Shown piece after piece: positions 1 through 9,980 of a stretch of DNA of 64,000 nt. Both the position numbers and the translations under genes were made by a program. The stretch is from Escherichia coli (GTDB lineage Bacteria > Pseudomonadota > Gammaproteobacteria > Enterobacterales > Enterobacteriaceae), in the NCBI RefSeq assembly GCF_003334305.1, contig NZ_QOWS01000002.1; one strand, 5' to 3'. Each line of letters opens with the position of its first letter. The first letter of the stretch is position 1. The notes under the pieces are model-generated. The model was given only the letters and a program-made list of their open reading frames with translations, did not search any database and had not been told where the DNA came from.

Positions 1-41
1 GCAGCGTCAATGGCTTCTTCAAGCGTTGCGTACATGGTCAT
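1..41 (-). CDS. msyB: MsyB acidic protein, N-terminal fragment (gene runs off the left edge of the window)
   Basis: Reverse-strand ATG at 39-41 followed by MTMYATLEEAIDA..., which I recognise as the MsyB N-terminus; lies immediately upstream of mdtG as in K-12. Confidence 0.6.
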   Translation of the reverse strand, partial: MTMYATLEEAIDA

Positions 42-123
42 CACGATTCTCCCTTTGAGTTGATGAGGTTTCAGGGAAAAGGATAGCTGATTCTCCGCTT
101 TTGCAAGTATGAAAGGCGAAAAA

Positions 124-1350
124 TCAGTTCGATACCTGGGGTATTCGACGACGACGTAGACTGTTCCATGAATAGACTGCGTTGAATAACACTACGCCAG
201 CGGTGACGAGAAATACCGCTCTGAAACCGTAGTTCGCTGAAATCGCTGCTCCCATCAATGGTCCGGTAACGTTGCCAATATCACGAAACGATTGGTTATA
301 GCTGAAGATACGCCCGGCGATCTGGTTGCTCGAGTTGTAAACCAACAGTGTCTGTACGGCGGGGAGTAGTGCACCATCGGCGGCACCGAGCAAAAAACGT
401 AAAATCCCAAGTTGCAATGGCGTCTGAACGTAAGACATTGGGATCAACAGCAGTACAGAAAAGATCAGCGCTGTAATCAGGATCTTTTCGGGTCCGATTC
501 GATCGCCAAGTTTGCCGAGTCGTGGTGCGCTTAGCAGAGCCGCCACGCCTGGCACCGAGGCGATCATGCCACTGATAAAGGCGACGTTACTGACGTTACC
601 CGCCAGTTCGCGGACATACAGCGTCAGAATGGGGGCAATTGAGCCTGTCGCCACCTGGATGATTAACGTGGTGACAAACAGGCTGAGTACCAGTTTCGGG
701 TTTTTAAGTGATGTCACCACTTCCCGCATGTGCAGCATCTCTTTTTTGCTGACCGGCTGGAATTTTTCTCTGATGCAGAACAGGGTGACGAAAAAGCAGA
801 GTATGAGCACACTGGCGGTAATAAAGAATACCGGACGTAAGCCGTAGCTATCGGCGAGCAGGCCGCCAGCCATTGGGCCGAGCAACGCACCACTAACGCC
901 GCCTGTGGAGAGCGTACCCAGCGCCCAGCCGCTTTTATTACGCGGTACTTGTGTGGCGATAAGAGCATTAGCGTTGGGGACAAATCCGCCAAGTAACCCA
1001 AGAAGCGCCCGTAGGATCAAAAACTGCCAGATATTTTGTGCCAGTCCCATCAACACCATCACGATGCCCATGCCGAGGGCAGAGCGTAATAGCATGAGTT
1101 TTCGGCCTTTACGGTCGGCGAGTCCACCCCAAAACGGTGAGGCGATGGCCGAAAATAAAAATGTAATGCTGAAGACAATACCGGACCACATATTCAGGGC
1201 GGAGTGACCGGTAACGCCAAGCTGCTCAACGTAGAGGGGTAAGAAGGGCATTACCAGACTGAAGGCGGCCCCGGTAAGAAAACAGCCTAGCCAGGCGACG
1301 ATCAGGTTTCGTTTCCAGTTTATAGGGGTGTCATTTTCACAGGGTGACAT
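124..1350 (-). CDS. mdtG: MFS multidrug efflux transporter MdtG
   Basis: 408-aa ORF, hydrophobic multi-TM MFS-like protein; length and sequence match E. coli MdtG. Confidence 0.93.
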
Positions 1351-1521
1351 AGCAATCCGCTGTTGGTGCGCCAGGCGCGGTGAACATAAGAAGAAAAGAT
1401 AAGCACACTAATTATGCGCCCGACTTCCAGGGGGCGCAATCCAGAGAGCTTTTATCGCTAAATCAGGGGGATTTGCTGTGGTAATGCCGGATGCCATTCT
1501 GAAGCATCCGGCATGGGAGAT

Positions 1522-2442
1522 TTAATAGCGTGAAGGAACGCCTTCCGGGCGTGTTTTAAAGCGACGGTGTAACCACATATACTGCTCTGGTGCCATCATG
1601 ATGCATTTTTCGACCACTTTGTTCATCCACGCGGCGGTAGTTTCGGCATCATCCAGTGGCGGAGAACACTCTGGCGGCAGCATAATCAATTGATACCCTT
1701 TGCCATCTGGCTTACGGCGTGGAACGAAGGGCACCAGACATGCGCCGGACATCCGTGCCAGCATCCAGGTTCCGGTCGTGGTCGCAGCCTGCTCAACGGC
1801 AAATAACGGGACGAAAACGCTTGAGCGCGGGCCGTAATCATGATCCGGTGCGTACCAGACCACTTCGCCTTTTTTCAGGGCTTTAATCATGCCTTTTAAA
1901 TCTTTGCGGTCGAGCATCGATTTATTTGAGCGCAAACGGCCCCAGGTTTGTAGCCAGTCAATCAGTGGATTATCGTTCGGGCGGTAAACGCCAATCCCCG
2001 GTTCCTGCATACCAAACTGCCGCGCACCCAGCTCCAGTGTCAGAAAATGGATGCCAACTAACAGGATGCCGCGTTTTTGCGCCTGCACGTCACGAATGTG
2101 TTCCATGCCGATCACTTCCGTCCAGCGGGCGATTCGGCGGTCCGGCCAGAACCACGCCATGCCGGTTTCCATCAGGCCCATGCCAACGGATTCGAAATTC
2201 TTCACCACCATTTTACGGCGTTCTTGTTCGCTCATTTCCGGGAAGCACAGTTCCAGGTTGCGATGCACAATTTTTGCGCGTCGTTTCATAAAACGTAACG
2301 CCAGTTTTCCTAATCCACAACCGAGGCGGTAGATAACCGGGTAGGGCAATTGCACGACTAACCAAAGTACGCCAATACCCAACCAGGTTAACCAATAACG
2401 CGGATGAAGCAGTGCGGTGGAGAACTTGGGTAGATTCGTCAT
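1522..2442 (-). CDS. lpxL: Lipid A biosynthesis lauroyl acyltransferase
   Basis: ORF 1522-2505 trimmed to the internal Met ([17 protein letters not shown]...), giving the 306 aa of LpxL/HtrB. Confidence 0.93.
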
Positions 2443-2666
2443 ATCAATCCTGTTTTTCAACCTATTCGGGCAATTGTATGTATTGTCGCATTTTTTCGCC
2501 CGCAACCAAAATTTGTGGCTGAAGACTGGGCGAAATTGCCGCGCTTGTAAATAACAAATAATTTTTAATGCGCAAATGTAGCGTAAAATGTGTGGATGTT
2601 AATTATCGATAATTGCTATATCATGCCGCGGATTTTTACTTTCCCATCTCGCAGGAACCGTACACC

Positions 2667-3719
2667 ATGCCAGTGTTACACAACCGCATTTCCAACGACG
2701 CGCTAAAAGCCAAAATGTTGGCTGAGAGCGAACCGCGAACCACCATTTCGTTTTACAAGTATTTCCACATCGCCGATCCTAAGGCGACCCGTGACGCTTT
2801 ATATCAGCTGTTTACCGCGCTGAATGTTTTTGGGCGAGTGTATCTGGCGCATGAGGGCATTAACGCGCAAATCAGCGTACCTGCGAGCAATGTTGAAACA
2901 TTTCGCGCGCAGCTCTATGCCTTCGACCCGGCTTTAGAGGGTTTACGCCTGAATATCGCGTTGGATGATGACGGGAAATCCTTCTGGGTACTGCGCATGA
3001 AGGTACGCGATCGCATTGTTGCCGACGGTATTGACGATCCTCACTTTGATGCCAGCAATGTTGGTGAGTATCTGCAAGCGGCGGAAGTGAACGCCATGCT
3101 TGACGATCCCGATGCACTATTTATCGACATGCGTAACCACTATGAGTATGAAGTGGGGCACTTTGAAAACGCGCTCGAAATTCCGGCAGATACCTTCCGT
3201 GAGCAGCTGCCAAAAGCAGTCGAGATGATGCAGGCACATAAAGATAAAAAAATCGTCATGTACTGCACCGGCGGCATTCGTTGTGAAAAGGCCAGTGCCT
3301 GGATGAAACATAACGGATTCAACAAAGTCTGGCATATCGAGGGCGGAATTATTGAATACGCCCGTAAGGCGCGCGAGCAGGGCTTGCCGGTGCGTTTTAT
3401 TGGCAAAAATTTTGTTTTTGACGAGCGGATGGGCGAACGTATATCGGATGAGATTATCGCGCATTGCCACCAGTGCGGCGCGCCGTGCGACAGCCATACC
3501 AACTGTAAAAATGATGGCTGCCACCTGCTGTTTATTCAGTGTCCAGTATGTGCGGAAAAATACAAAGGTTGTTGTAGTGAGATTTGCTGCGAAGAAAGCG
3601 CGTTACCGCCAGAAGAACAGCGACGCCGTCGGGCAGGACGTGAAAATGGCAATAAGATCTTTAATAAGTCTCGTGGACGTCTGAATACAACACTGGGCAT
3701 TCCTGATCCAACGGAATAA
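2667..3719 (+). CDS. trhO: Rhodanese-domain tRNA U34 hydroxylase (YceA/TrhO)
   Basis: ORF trimmed to [17 protein letters not shown]... (350 aa); rhodanese active-site motif CTGGIRC present; C-terminal Cys-rich tail. Confidence 0.9.
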
Positions 3720-3727
3720 ATATCATT

Positions 3728-3748
3728 GCCGGATGCGTGCCATCCGGC
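3728..3748. terminator. Hairpin between the convergent yceA and yceI 3' ends (possible bidirectional terminator)
   Basis: GCCGGATG-cgtg-CCATCCGGC inverted repeat. Confidence 0.5.
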
Positions 3749-3760
3749 AACATTTCACTC

Positions 3761-4336
3761 TTACTTCTGCTGTACGCCTTCCACTGAAATAATCAGATCC
3801 ACTTCCTGAGAAGCTGGACCTAAATCTGTCTTGATATTGAAGTCCTTGAGCTTAATTTTGCCTTCGGCCTCGAAGCCTGCACGTTTACCACCCCATGGGT
3901 CGTCGCCCTGACCAATTAATTTCGCTTCCAGCGTGACGGGTTTGGTTACGCCATTCAGCGTCAGATCGCCGGTAATATCCAGTTCGTCACCGTCTTTCTT
4001 CACGCTGGTGGAGGTGAATGTTGCCTGTGGATATTTTGCGGTATTGAGGAAATCTGCACTGCGAAGATGTTTATCGCGTTCGGCGTGATTAGTATCGACG
4101 CTGGTGGTGTTAATTGTCACATTCACTTTATCGGCAGCCGGATTTTTTTCGTCAAAGGTAAAAGTACCGTCGAAATCTTTAAAGGTGCCGTATAACCAGC
4201 TATAGCCAAGGTGCTGGATGCGGAAATTAACAAAGGCGTGCTGACCTTCTTTGTCAATTTTGTAATCGGCGGCAACCGCTGAACCGGCAGAGAACATCAG
4301 GGACGCGAAGGTTAAACCAAGCAGGCTTTTTTTCAT
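3761..4336 (-). CDS. yceI: Periplasmic YceI-family protein
   Basis: 191 aa with an N-terminal signal peptide ([22 protein letters not shown]); matches E. coli YceI. Confidence 0.9.
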
Positions 4337-4339
4337 TTT

Positions 4340-4906
4340 TTATACTCCATAGTCAGATGACGACTTTCCCAGCATGCGCTTCAGAGTGTCGTCTTTATCG
4401 ATGAAATGATGCTTCAGGGCCATAAATCCGTGCATAACGGACAGTACTACGACGCTCCACGCGAGCCAAAAATGCAGGGCACCGGCAAAGTCTGCCTGTG
4501 CGCCAGCGTCGGCAAGGGTCGCGGGGACGTCAAACCAGCCAAAAACGCTGATCGGTTTACCATCGGCAGTTGAGATCAGATAGCCGCTGATGCCGATGGC
4601 GAACAGCAATAGGTACAATGCGAGATGTCCAGCCTTTGCGGCAAGACGAGTCATGGGCGAATAACTCGGCAGCGGACCCGGCGGTGGAGATATGACACGC
4701 CACAGAACGCGAATAACCAGCCCCATCATTAACAAAATACCGATGCTTTTATGCAGTTCGGGTGCTTTGTGATACCAGCCATCGTAATAACTGAGCGTGA
4801 CCATCCACAGACCTAAAGCAAACATGCCGTAGACAATAATTGCGCTTAGCCAATGGAAGGCCGCAGATATAACACCATAGCGTTCAGGGGTATTTGTGAA
4901 TGACAT
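4340..4906 (-). CDS. yceJ: Cytochrome b561-family inner membrane protein
   Basis: ORF trimmed to MSFTNTPERYGVISAAFHWL... (188 aa); adjacent to yceI in an operon-like arrangement. Confidence 0.85.
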   Translation of the reverse strand: MSFTNTPERYGVISAAFHWLSAIIVYGMFALGLWMVTLSYYDGWYHKAPELHKSIGILLMMGLVIRVLWRVISPPPGPLPSYSPMTRLAAKAGHLALYLLLFAIGISGYLISTADGKPISVFGWFDVPATLADAGAQADFAGALHFWLAWSVVVLSVMHGFMALKHHFIDKDDTLKRMLGKSSSDYGV

Positions 4907-5166
4907 AAGTGCATCCAATGCGAATTTGCGAGAGAAAGAAAATGGCGTGTCGGAGAATGAATTGCAACACAAAAATAACAAATTGAATGATATTTATTTT
5001 TATTTCAATAATTTTGAATTAATAATGAAAGAATCTTCATAAGTTTAGTGGGTTCAGCATCAGAGATGTCTGGTGAGTGCTGTAGAAGCAGGAATAATCT
5101 CATTCAATTTTTCACGCTAAATGAAAGGGAGATTAAATATTTGTCAGTTTATGTCAGTGCGGAAAA

Positions 5167-5307
5167 CTAAAAATAAAACACATAGATCAGATCCATAATT
5201 GCCAACAATCCCCAGAGAAAAAGATAAAGCATCAGATGCTCGCGAATATTATTGATGAGATAGTGCAACAGCCGACGCATTAAATACTCCTGTAAAAACG
5301 GCCTCAT
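5167..5307 (-). CDS. yceO: Small hydrophobic protein YceO (46 aa)
   Basis: Hand-translated reverse-strand [49 protein letters not shown]; absent from the ORF track because it is under 60 aa; sits between yceJ and solA as in K-12. Confidence 0.6.
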
Positions 5308-5327
5308 TCTGGAGGCCGTAATGATGA

Positions 5328-6446
5328 TTATTGGAAGCGGGAAAGCCTGAATGGCGTCAAATCAAAATCGCTTTTTTTGTCTTGCGCAAAATCGGCAGCT
5401 ATTTCCCCTAAAACTGACGCAAATTTAAAACCGTGCCCACTCAGGCCGGTAATGAGCAGTGTATTATCGTGGCCGGGTAGGGTATCGATAATAAAATCTT
5501 CGTCAGGCGAATTATCATAGGTGCAGGCAGCGCCGTACAGGCAGCAACCGATACCCGGCAATACATTGCGCAAGAACGGGAAGGCTTCCGAACCATCGCT
5601 GACCACTTCCGCAAACGGAACACGTTCATCCGCTGAATGGATAACCTGGCCTCCGTTATGTTTGCCAATCTTCAACGCGTCGTTTTCTGCCGGAAAACCA
5701 TAATATTGATCGCCATTGGGCAGTTCACCGGTAAACGCCGGGAATTTATTCTTCACGCTATAGCGGCCATCGGCCTGATACCAGGCAAATACTTTACGTA
5801 CGGGCTGGACAGGCAGCTCCGGGAGCAGGTCTTTTACCCATGTTCCCGCGCAGACAATCGCTTTTTTCGCCTGATACTCACCGTCAACGGTTTCAATAGT
5901 TACGCCATCATCGTCATGACGAATTGCGGTGACCGGGCAGTTGAACAGTTGCGCACAGCCCGCTTCCTTCGCCAGTTGGATCCAGGTTTTAATCGCCAGT
6001 TCGCTGCGCAAAAAACCGGAATCAGTCTCAAATAAGCCGATGTAGTTGTCCGGGACGCGTATTTCTGGCCAGCGGGCCATAATCCCTTGCGCATCGAGCT
6101 TTTCAACGTTGAGTTGCCACTGTTCGGCGCTGTGGGCGACGTTGGCGAGAAATGCGGAGTCAGCCGGGCCGAGGTTAATGACACCAGAGCGTACAAAAAT
6201 GGGATCATCTTCGTTGTGGCGGGAAAGTTCATCCCACAGCGTTTGCGCGCGGAGGACCAGCGGGACATACTTTTCGCCTTCACCATAAGCATGGCGAATT
6301 AATCGCGTATCGCCATGGTGGCTGCCGTGTTGATGCGGTGGCATATGGGCGTCGGTCATTAGCACGTTTAAACCGGCGCGGGTTGCATAATACCCGGCGG
6401 CAGCGCCTACGGAACCGCTGCCAATAATGATGAGATCGTATTTCAT
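5328..6446 (-). CDS. solA: N-methyl-L-tryptophan oxidase
   Basis: 372 aa; N-terminal FAD-binding motif [15 protein letters not shown]; matches SolA. Confidence 0.95.
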
Positions 6447-6560
6447 TTTTTTCTCTCTGCTCTCATGGTTTAAGCAGAGTAATTAACTGAATGCAGATAT
6501 ACAACCCAGAAATGGTAAAGGCACCGGTGAGGTGCCTTTTGGGTGGATGGTCATGTCATG

Positions 6561-6815
6561 TTAATGACGCCGATACTCGTTTACCGGGAAATCACCGGAT
6601 TCAATTTTGGCGATTCCTGCTTCTAATATCGAAATAAATTGTCTGGCAACATCAGTGGTTAACCAGAGCGTCTGACCAACTTCAGTCCCTTCCTGCTCGG
6701 ACTTATTTGGGGTCTGGTAGTGCAAACGCAACATCAGCGCATCATAGCTATCAACGGTGCTGATGTCCCACCCTACGAGCGGATGAGTCTGAATGACTTC
6801 ATTATTTTTTTCCAT
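6561..6815 (-). CDS. bssS: Biofilm regulator BssS
   Basis: 85-aa ORF; second Met (MEKNNEVIQTHPLVGWD...) gives the 84-aa BssS. Confidence 0.88.
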   Translation of the reverse strand: MEKNNEVIQTHPLVGWDISTVDSYDALMLRLHYQTPNKSEQEGTEVGQTLWLTTDVARQFISILEAGIAKIESGDFPVNEYRRH

Positions 6816-7056
6816 CATGGCCCCCTAATTCGTGTTACTAGACAACGTTATTCGAGGTTCAATGCGTTTTTATCTGAAGCAACTTCAGTATACCAATAAG
6901 TAAGGGTATTCACCGAATTTTTAAAGGGGGGAACAGATAAATTTCTGCTTTTAAGATTTATATGAACAATAAAACAGCATGTCATTCATATTTTTTTAGC
7001 ATATTGTGCAATTATTTTGAGGAAGTGTAGAAATTTTGTACTCAAAATTTGTAAGT

Positions 7057-7083
7057 AAAATAAAAAAGCCGGGGCGACCCGGC
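7057..7083 (-). terminator. dinI rho-independent terminator
   Basis: GC-rich hairpin GCCGGGGCGACCCGGC (7068-7083) immediately 3' of the dinI stop, followed on the - strand by a U-run (forward A-run 7057-7067). Confidence 0.6.
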
Positions 7084-7104
7084 AAAAACAAAAATCACTG
7101 CATA

Positions 7105-7350
7105 TTATTCGCTGACAAACCAGTCATCGGCGCTTTCCCACGTTTCCTGGAGAATTTCGCTAATGCGCTGTTTATCTTCTTTTGTTGCGCCAATAACCGA
7201 TAAATTATTCGCTGCGGCATAACGTACCGATACGTGGCCTTCATTATCAGGAAACGCATACTGAATACGGCGGGAAAGTTCGCCAGCCAGGGCGTCAATA
7301 GCCCCAGCTGGCAATGGAGAAGTTTTCGCTATGGTGACTTCAATTCGCAT
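7105..7350 (-). CDS. dinI: DNA damage-inducible protein I
   Basis: Internal Met of ORF 7105-7482 gives the 81-aa MRIEVTIAKTSPLPAGAIDALAGELSRRIQYAF...; a LexA box lies directly upstream. Confidence 0.9.
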   Translation of the reverse strand: MRIEVTIAKTSPLPAGAIDALAGELSRRIQYAFPDNEGHVSVRYAAANNLSVIGATKEDKQRISEILQETWESADDWFVSE

Positions 7351-7361
7351 AATAGCCCCCT

Positions 7362-7377
7362 GTTGAATATACTGGTT
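7362..7377 (-). promoter_or_regulatory. LexA (SOS) box in the dinI promoter
   Basis: Reverse strand reads CTGTATAAATAACCAG (CTGT-N8-CCAG, close to the CTGT-N8-ACAG consensus) within the dinI upstream region. Confidence 0.7.
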
Positions 7378-7423
7378 ATTTATACAGGCAAAATAACCTA
7401 ATGACAACAGGAAGCTACGATTT

Positions 7424-8470
7424 TTATTGTTTAACGGACCAGCGTACCGTTTCCCCGGCGAGGAATGGCACCAGGGTGTCATCAGTCAGTGCGATGCTTT
7501 CAGCAACCTGTTGCTCTTCACGTACCAGTTCGATGAATGTGTCGTTGACCGGCAAGCCATAGAACTGCGGGCCGTTTACAGAACAGAATGCTTCAAAGTG
7601 CTGCAGAGCATTCATCTCTTCAAAGACGGTAGCGTAACTGCCCAGCGCGGTTGGGGCGTTGAAGCAGCCCGCGCAGCCGCAACTGCTCTCTTTGCGATGA
7701 CGTGCATGTGGCGCAGAATCCGTACCGAGGAATACTCGATTAAAACCGCTGGCGACCAGTTCACGCAATGCCTGTTGGTGAATATTGCGTTTGAGGATGG
7801 GTAAACAATACAGGTGCGGACGCACGCCACCAACCAGCATATGGTTGCGGTTAAACATCAGATGCTGCGGAGTGATGGTGGCAGCCAGCCGTTCATTTCC
7901 GTCACGGACATAGTCGGCAGCATCTTTGGTGGTGATGTGCTCAAAAACGACTTTCAGCGCAGTCAGGCGCTGGCGCAGAGGTTCCATCACGCTTTCTATA
8001 AAGCGCGCTTCACGATCAAAAATGTCGATATCTGCATGTGTCACTTCACCATGCACCAGTAGCGGCATACCGATTTTTTCCATGCGCTCAAGTACCGGCA
8101 TGATTGCGTCAATTGACGTCACGCCGTGGCTGGAGTTAGTGGTTGCGTTTGCCGGATAAAGTTTTGCAGCGGTGAACACGCCTTCGTTAAATCCGCGCTC
8201 CAGCTCATTAGGATCCAGCGAATCTGTTAAATAACAGGTCATCAATGGGGTGAAATTGTGCCCGGCAGGTACGGCATCAAGAATACGTTGGCGATACGCC
8301 ACGGCAGCCTCAACTGTGGTCACGGGCGGAGCCAGATTGGGCATTACGATAGCCCGTCCATAAATTTCGCTGGTATACGGCACGACAGTTTTTAACATGT
8401 CGCCATCGCGGAGGTGAAGGTGCCAGTCGTCTGGGCGGCGGATCTTTAATACCTGGGATGGTGCAGTCAT
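7424..8470 (-). CDS. pyrC: Dihydroorotase
   Basis: 348 aa; [27 protein letters not shown] with the HxH metal-binding motif; matches PyrC. Confidence 0.95.
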   Translation of the reverse strand: MTAPSQVLKIRRPDDWHLHLRDGDMLKTVVPYTSEIYGRAIVMPNLAPPVTTVEAAVAYRQRILDAVPAGHNFTPLMTCYLTDSLDPNELERGFNEGVFTAAKLYPANATTNSSHGVTSIDAIMPVLERMEKIGMPLLVHGEVTHADIDIFDREARFIESVMEPLRQRLTALKVVFEHITTKDAADYVRDGNERLAATITPQHLMFNRNHMLVGGVRPHLYCLPILKRNIHQQALRELVASGFNRVFLGTDSAPHARHRKESSCGCAGCFNAPTALGSYATVFEEMNALQHFEAFCSVNGPQFYGLPVNDTFIELVREEQQVAESIALTDDTLVPFLAGETVRWSVKQ

Positions 8471-8482
8471 TAATCTCTATGC

Positions 8483-8509
8483 TCCGGCTGAAGGGATGTT
8501 TTTGCCGGA
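8483..8509 (-). promoter_or_regulatory. pyrC leader hairpin able to sequester the Shine-Dalgarno (pyrimidine-responsive start-site regulation)
   Basis: Reverse strand UCCGGC...GCCGGA inverted repeat, whose 3' arm overlaps the GGAG Shine-Dalgarno just upstream of the pyrC ATG. Confidence 0.55.
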
Positions 8510-8521
8510 CACAAAGGATAA

Positions 8522-8537
8522 GCGGAAACGTTTTCCT
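8522..8537 (-). promoter_or_regulatory. PurR operator in the pyrC promoter
   Basis: Reverse strand AGGAAAACGTTTCCGC, a near-palindrome resembling the PurR consensus ACGCAAACGTTTGCGT. Confidence 0.6.
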
Positions 8538-8540
8538 TTG

Positions 8541-8569
8541 CACGAAAAATAAAGGGCGCGAATGCGCCC
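8541..8569 (-). terminator. yceB rho-independent terminator
   Basis: GGGCGCATTCGCGCCC hairpin on the reverse strand followed by TTTATTTTT, directly 3' of the yceB stop. Confidence 0.55.
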
Positions 8570-8575
8570 TCGTCA

Positions 8576-9136
8576 TTAATCCGTAAACGGAATGACAATT
8601 TCGCCTGGCTTCACTTCAATGCCTTTCGCCAGTTTTTTCGCCATTGCTTCGCCCTGACTGCCATCTTCGCGCAGGACGTAAGCAGGTTGCTGGTTAAAGT
8701 AATTGCGTAATGCCTGGTTCAAATAGGGAAGCAACGTTTGCATCACCGTTTGCATTTTTTCCGGTTGTACCGTCGCATCGACCACTTCCATCTCTTTCAG
8801 GAAGATCGCACCTTTTTCTTTATCAAACACGGGCAGCGCTTTCAGCTTCAGTTTCATGGTCGCTTTCTGACTACCGAACAGGGAGTTCATGTCCAGATTG
8901 GCGTCTCCGGTTAGGGTAACCTTATTCGGCTCTTCGCGACCAATTTGGCTGGTCAAGTTTGTCAGAACAATATGGGCGTCAGCCACGCCGGGTAAACCGA
9001 TATCTTTTGAGAAATTATTATGTTTCGCAAGCGACTGGTTAATTTCTTGTTCGGTGATGGTGTATTGGGTGAGTTGATTACAGCCAACGAGCAGGCCACT
9101 GACGATCAATGCAGCGGCAAATAAAAACTTGTTCAT
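8576..9136 (-). CDS. yceB: Lipoprotein YceB (DUF1439)
   Basis: ORF trimmed to MNKFLFAAALIVSGLLVGC... with an LVGC lipobox (186 aa); the upstream extension of the raw ORF would overlap grxB. Confidence 0.85.
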   Translation of the reverse strand: MNKFLFAAALIVSGLLVGCNQLTQYTITEQEINQSLAKHNNFSKDIGLPGVADAHIVLTNLTSQIGREEPNKVTLTGDANLDMNSLFGSQKATMKLKLKALPVFDKEKGAIFLKEMEVVDATVQPEKMQTVMQTLLPYLNQALRNYFNQQPAYVLREDGSQGEAMAKKLAKGIEVKPGEIVIPFTD

Positions 9137-9269
9137 GGTAGTCCTCGACATGAAATCTGCGTCAATATCCTGACACAACGCAGCATGTGTCACCAGCGAT
9201 AAACTCGCCAGCAGAAAAAACTGAAAACGGCGGCAACCCGCGAATACAGGCTGCCGCGGCGGGTCAGGA

Positions 9270-9917
9270 TTAAATCGCCATTGATGATAACAAATTGATT
9301 TGTGTCTGTTTCGCCATATTATCGCGGTAATCAGCAACGCGGCTTGGCCAGTTGATTCCGGCTACCAGCGTCAGATTACGCAGTAGCGGAAATAGCTGAA
9401 TATCATCTTCCGAAAGTTCGCCATTCACGGCGTTCGGTTTGACGATCAGTTTGTCCAGCGCACGCAAATCATCGCTGATATTCTTAATCAGACCGTCAGA
9501 GTGGGCCAGCAGGTCGGCTAAATTACCCGCGCTGGCCTCTTTCTTGTCGACGAAATATTTGCGCGCGGCGGGAGTAGAAAACTCATCAAATGCCGATTTG
9601 GCAAAACGCGGCAACAGCAGTTTGTTTGCGTAGCCATTGACCTTGCGCAGCCACTCTTCAATGGCAGGGGAACGTTTGCCGGTCAGTAACGGTTTGCCGT
9701 CGAGTTTATCGACATAGTGAACGATGTCCATGCTTTCTGGCATATAGCGGCTGTCATCTTTTTGCAGAATGGGAACCTGTTTTTGACCGACCATCCGGGT
9801 GGGTGTTTCTGCGTCGTCGTTGAGCAGAACATGTAATTCGACGGGGATATTTTTCAGGCCGAAAATCATGCGGGCTTTGAGGCAGTAAGGGCAGTGATCG
9901 TAAATGTATAGCTTCAC
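9270..9917 (-). CDS. grxB: Glutaredoxin 2
   Basis: 215 aa; MKLYIYDHCPYCLKARMIFGLK with a CPYC active site. Confidence 0.95.
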   Translation of the reverse strand: MKLYIYDHCPYCLKARMIFGLKNIPVELHVLLNDDAETPTRMVGQKQVPILQKDDSRYMPESMDIVHYVDKLDGKPLLTGKRSPAIEEWLRKVNGYANKLLLPRFAKSAFDEFSTPAARKYFVDKKEASAGNLADLLAHSDGLIKNISDDLRALDKLIVKPNAVNGELSEDDIQLFPLLRNLTLVAGINWPSRVADYRDNMAKQTQINLLSSMAI

Positions 9918-9980
9918 GTGACTCCTCCATTTGGCTGTCAGTTCACTTTCAGTATGGAGGAGTCAGGGGGGAGTATCAAA

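Noticed and set aside
1483-1509. GCCGGATGC...GCATCCGGC hairpin between lpxL and mdtG as a rho-independent terminator
   Set aside because: No U-run follows the stem on the transcribed strand; more likely a REP-like palindrome or a rho-dependent region
6513-6538. AGGCACC...GGTGCCT hairpin between bssS and solA as a terminator
   Set aside because: The T-run lies on the + strand, where nothing is transcribed upstream; on the - strand (bssS 3' end) the U-tract is weak; left uncalled
8576-9337. 253-aa extended form of the yceB ORF
   Set aside because: The extension would overlap grxB by 68 nt on the same strand and lacks a signal peptide at its N-terminus; the internal Met gives a canonical lipoprotein of the known length
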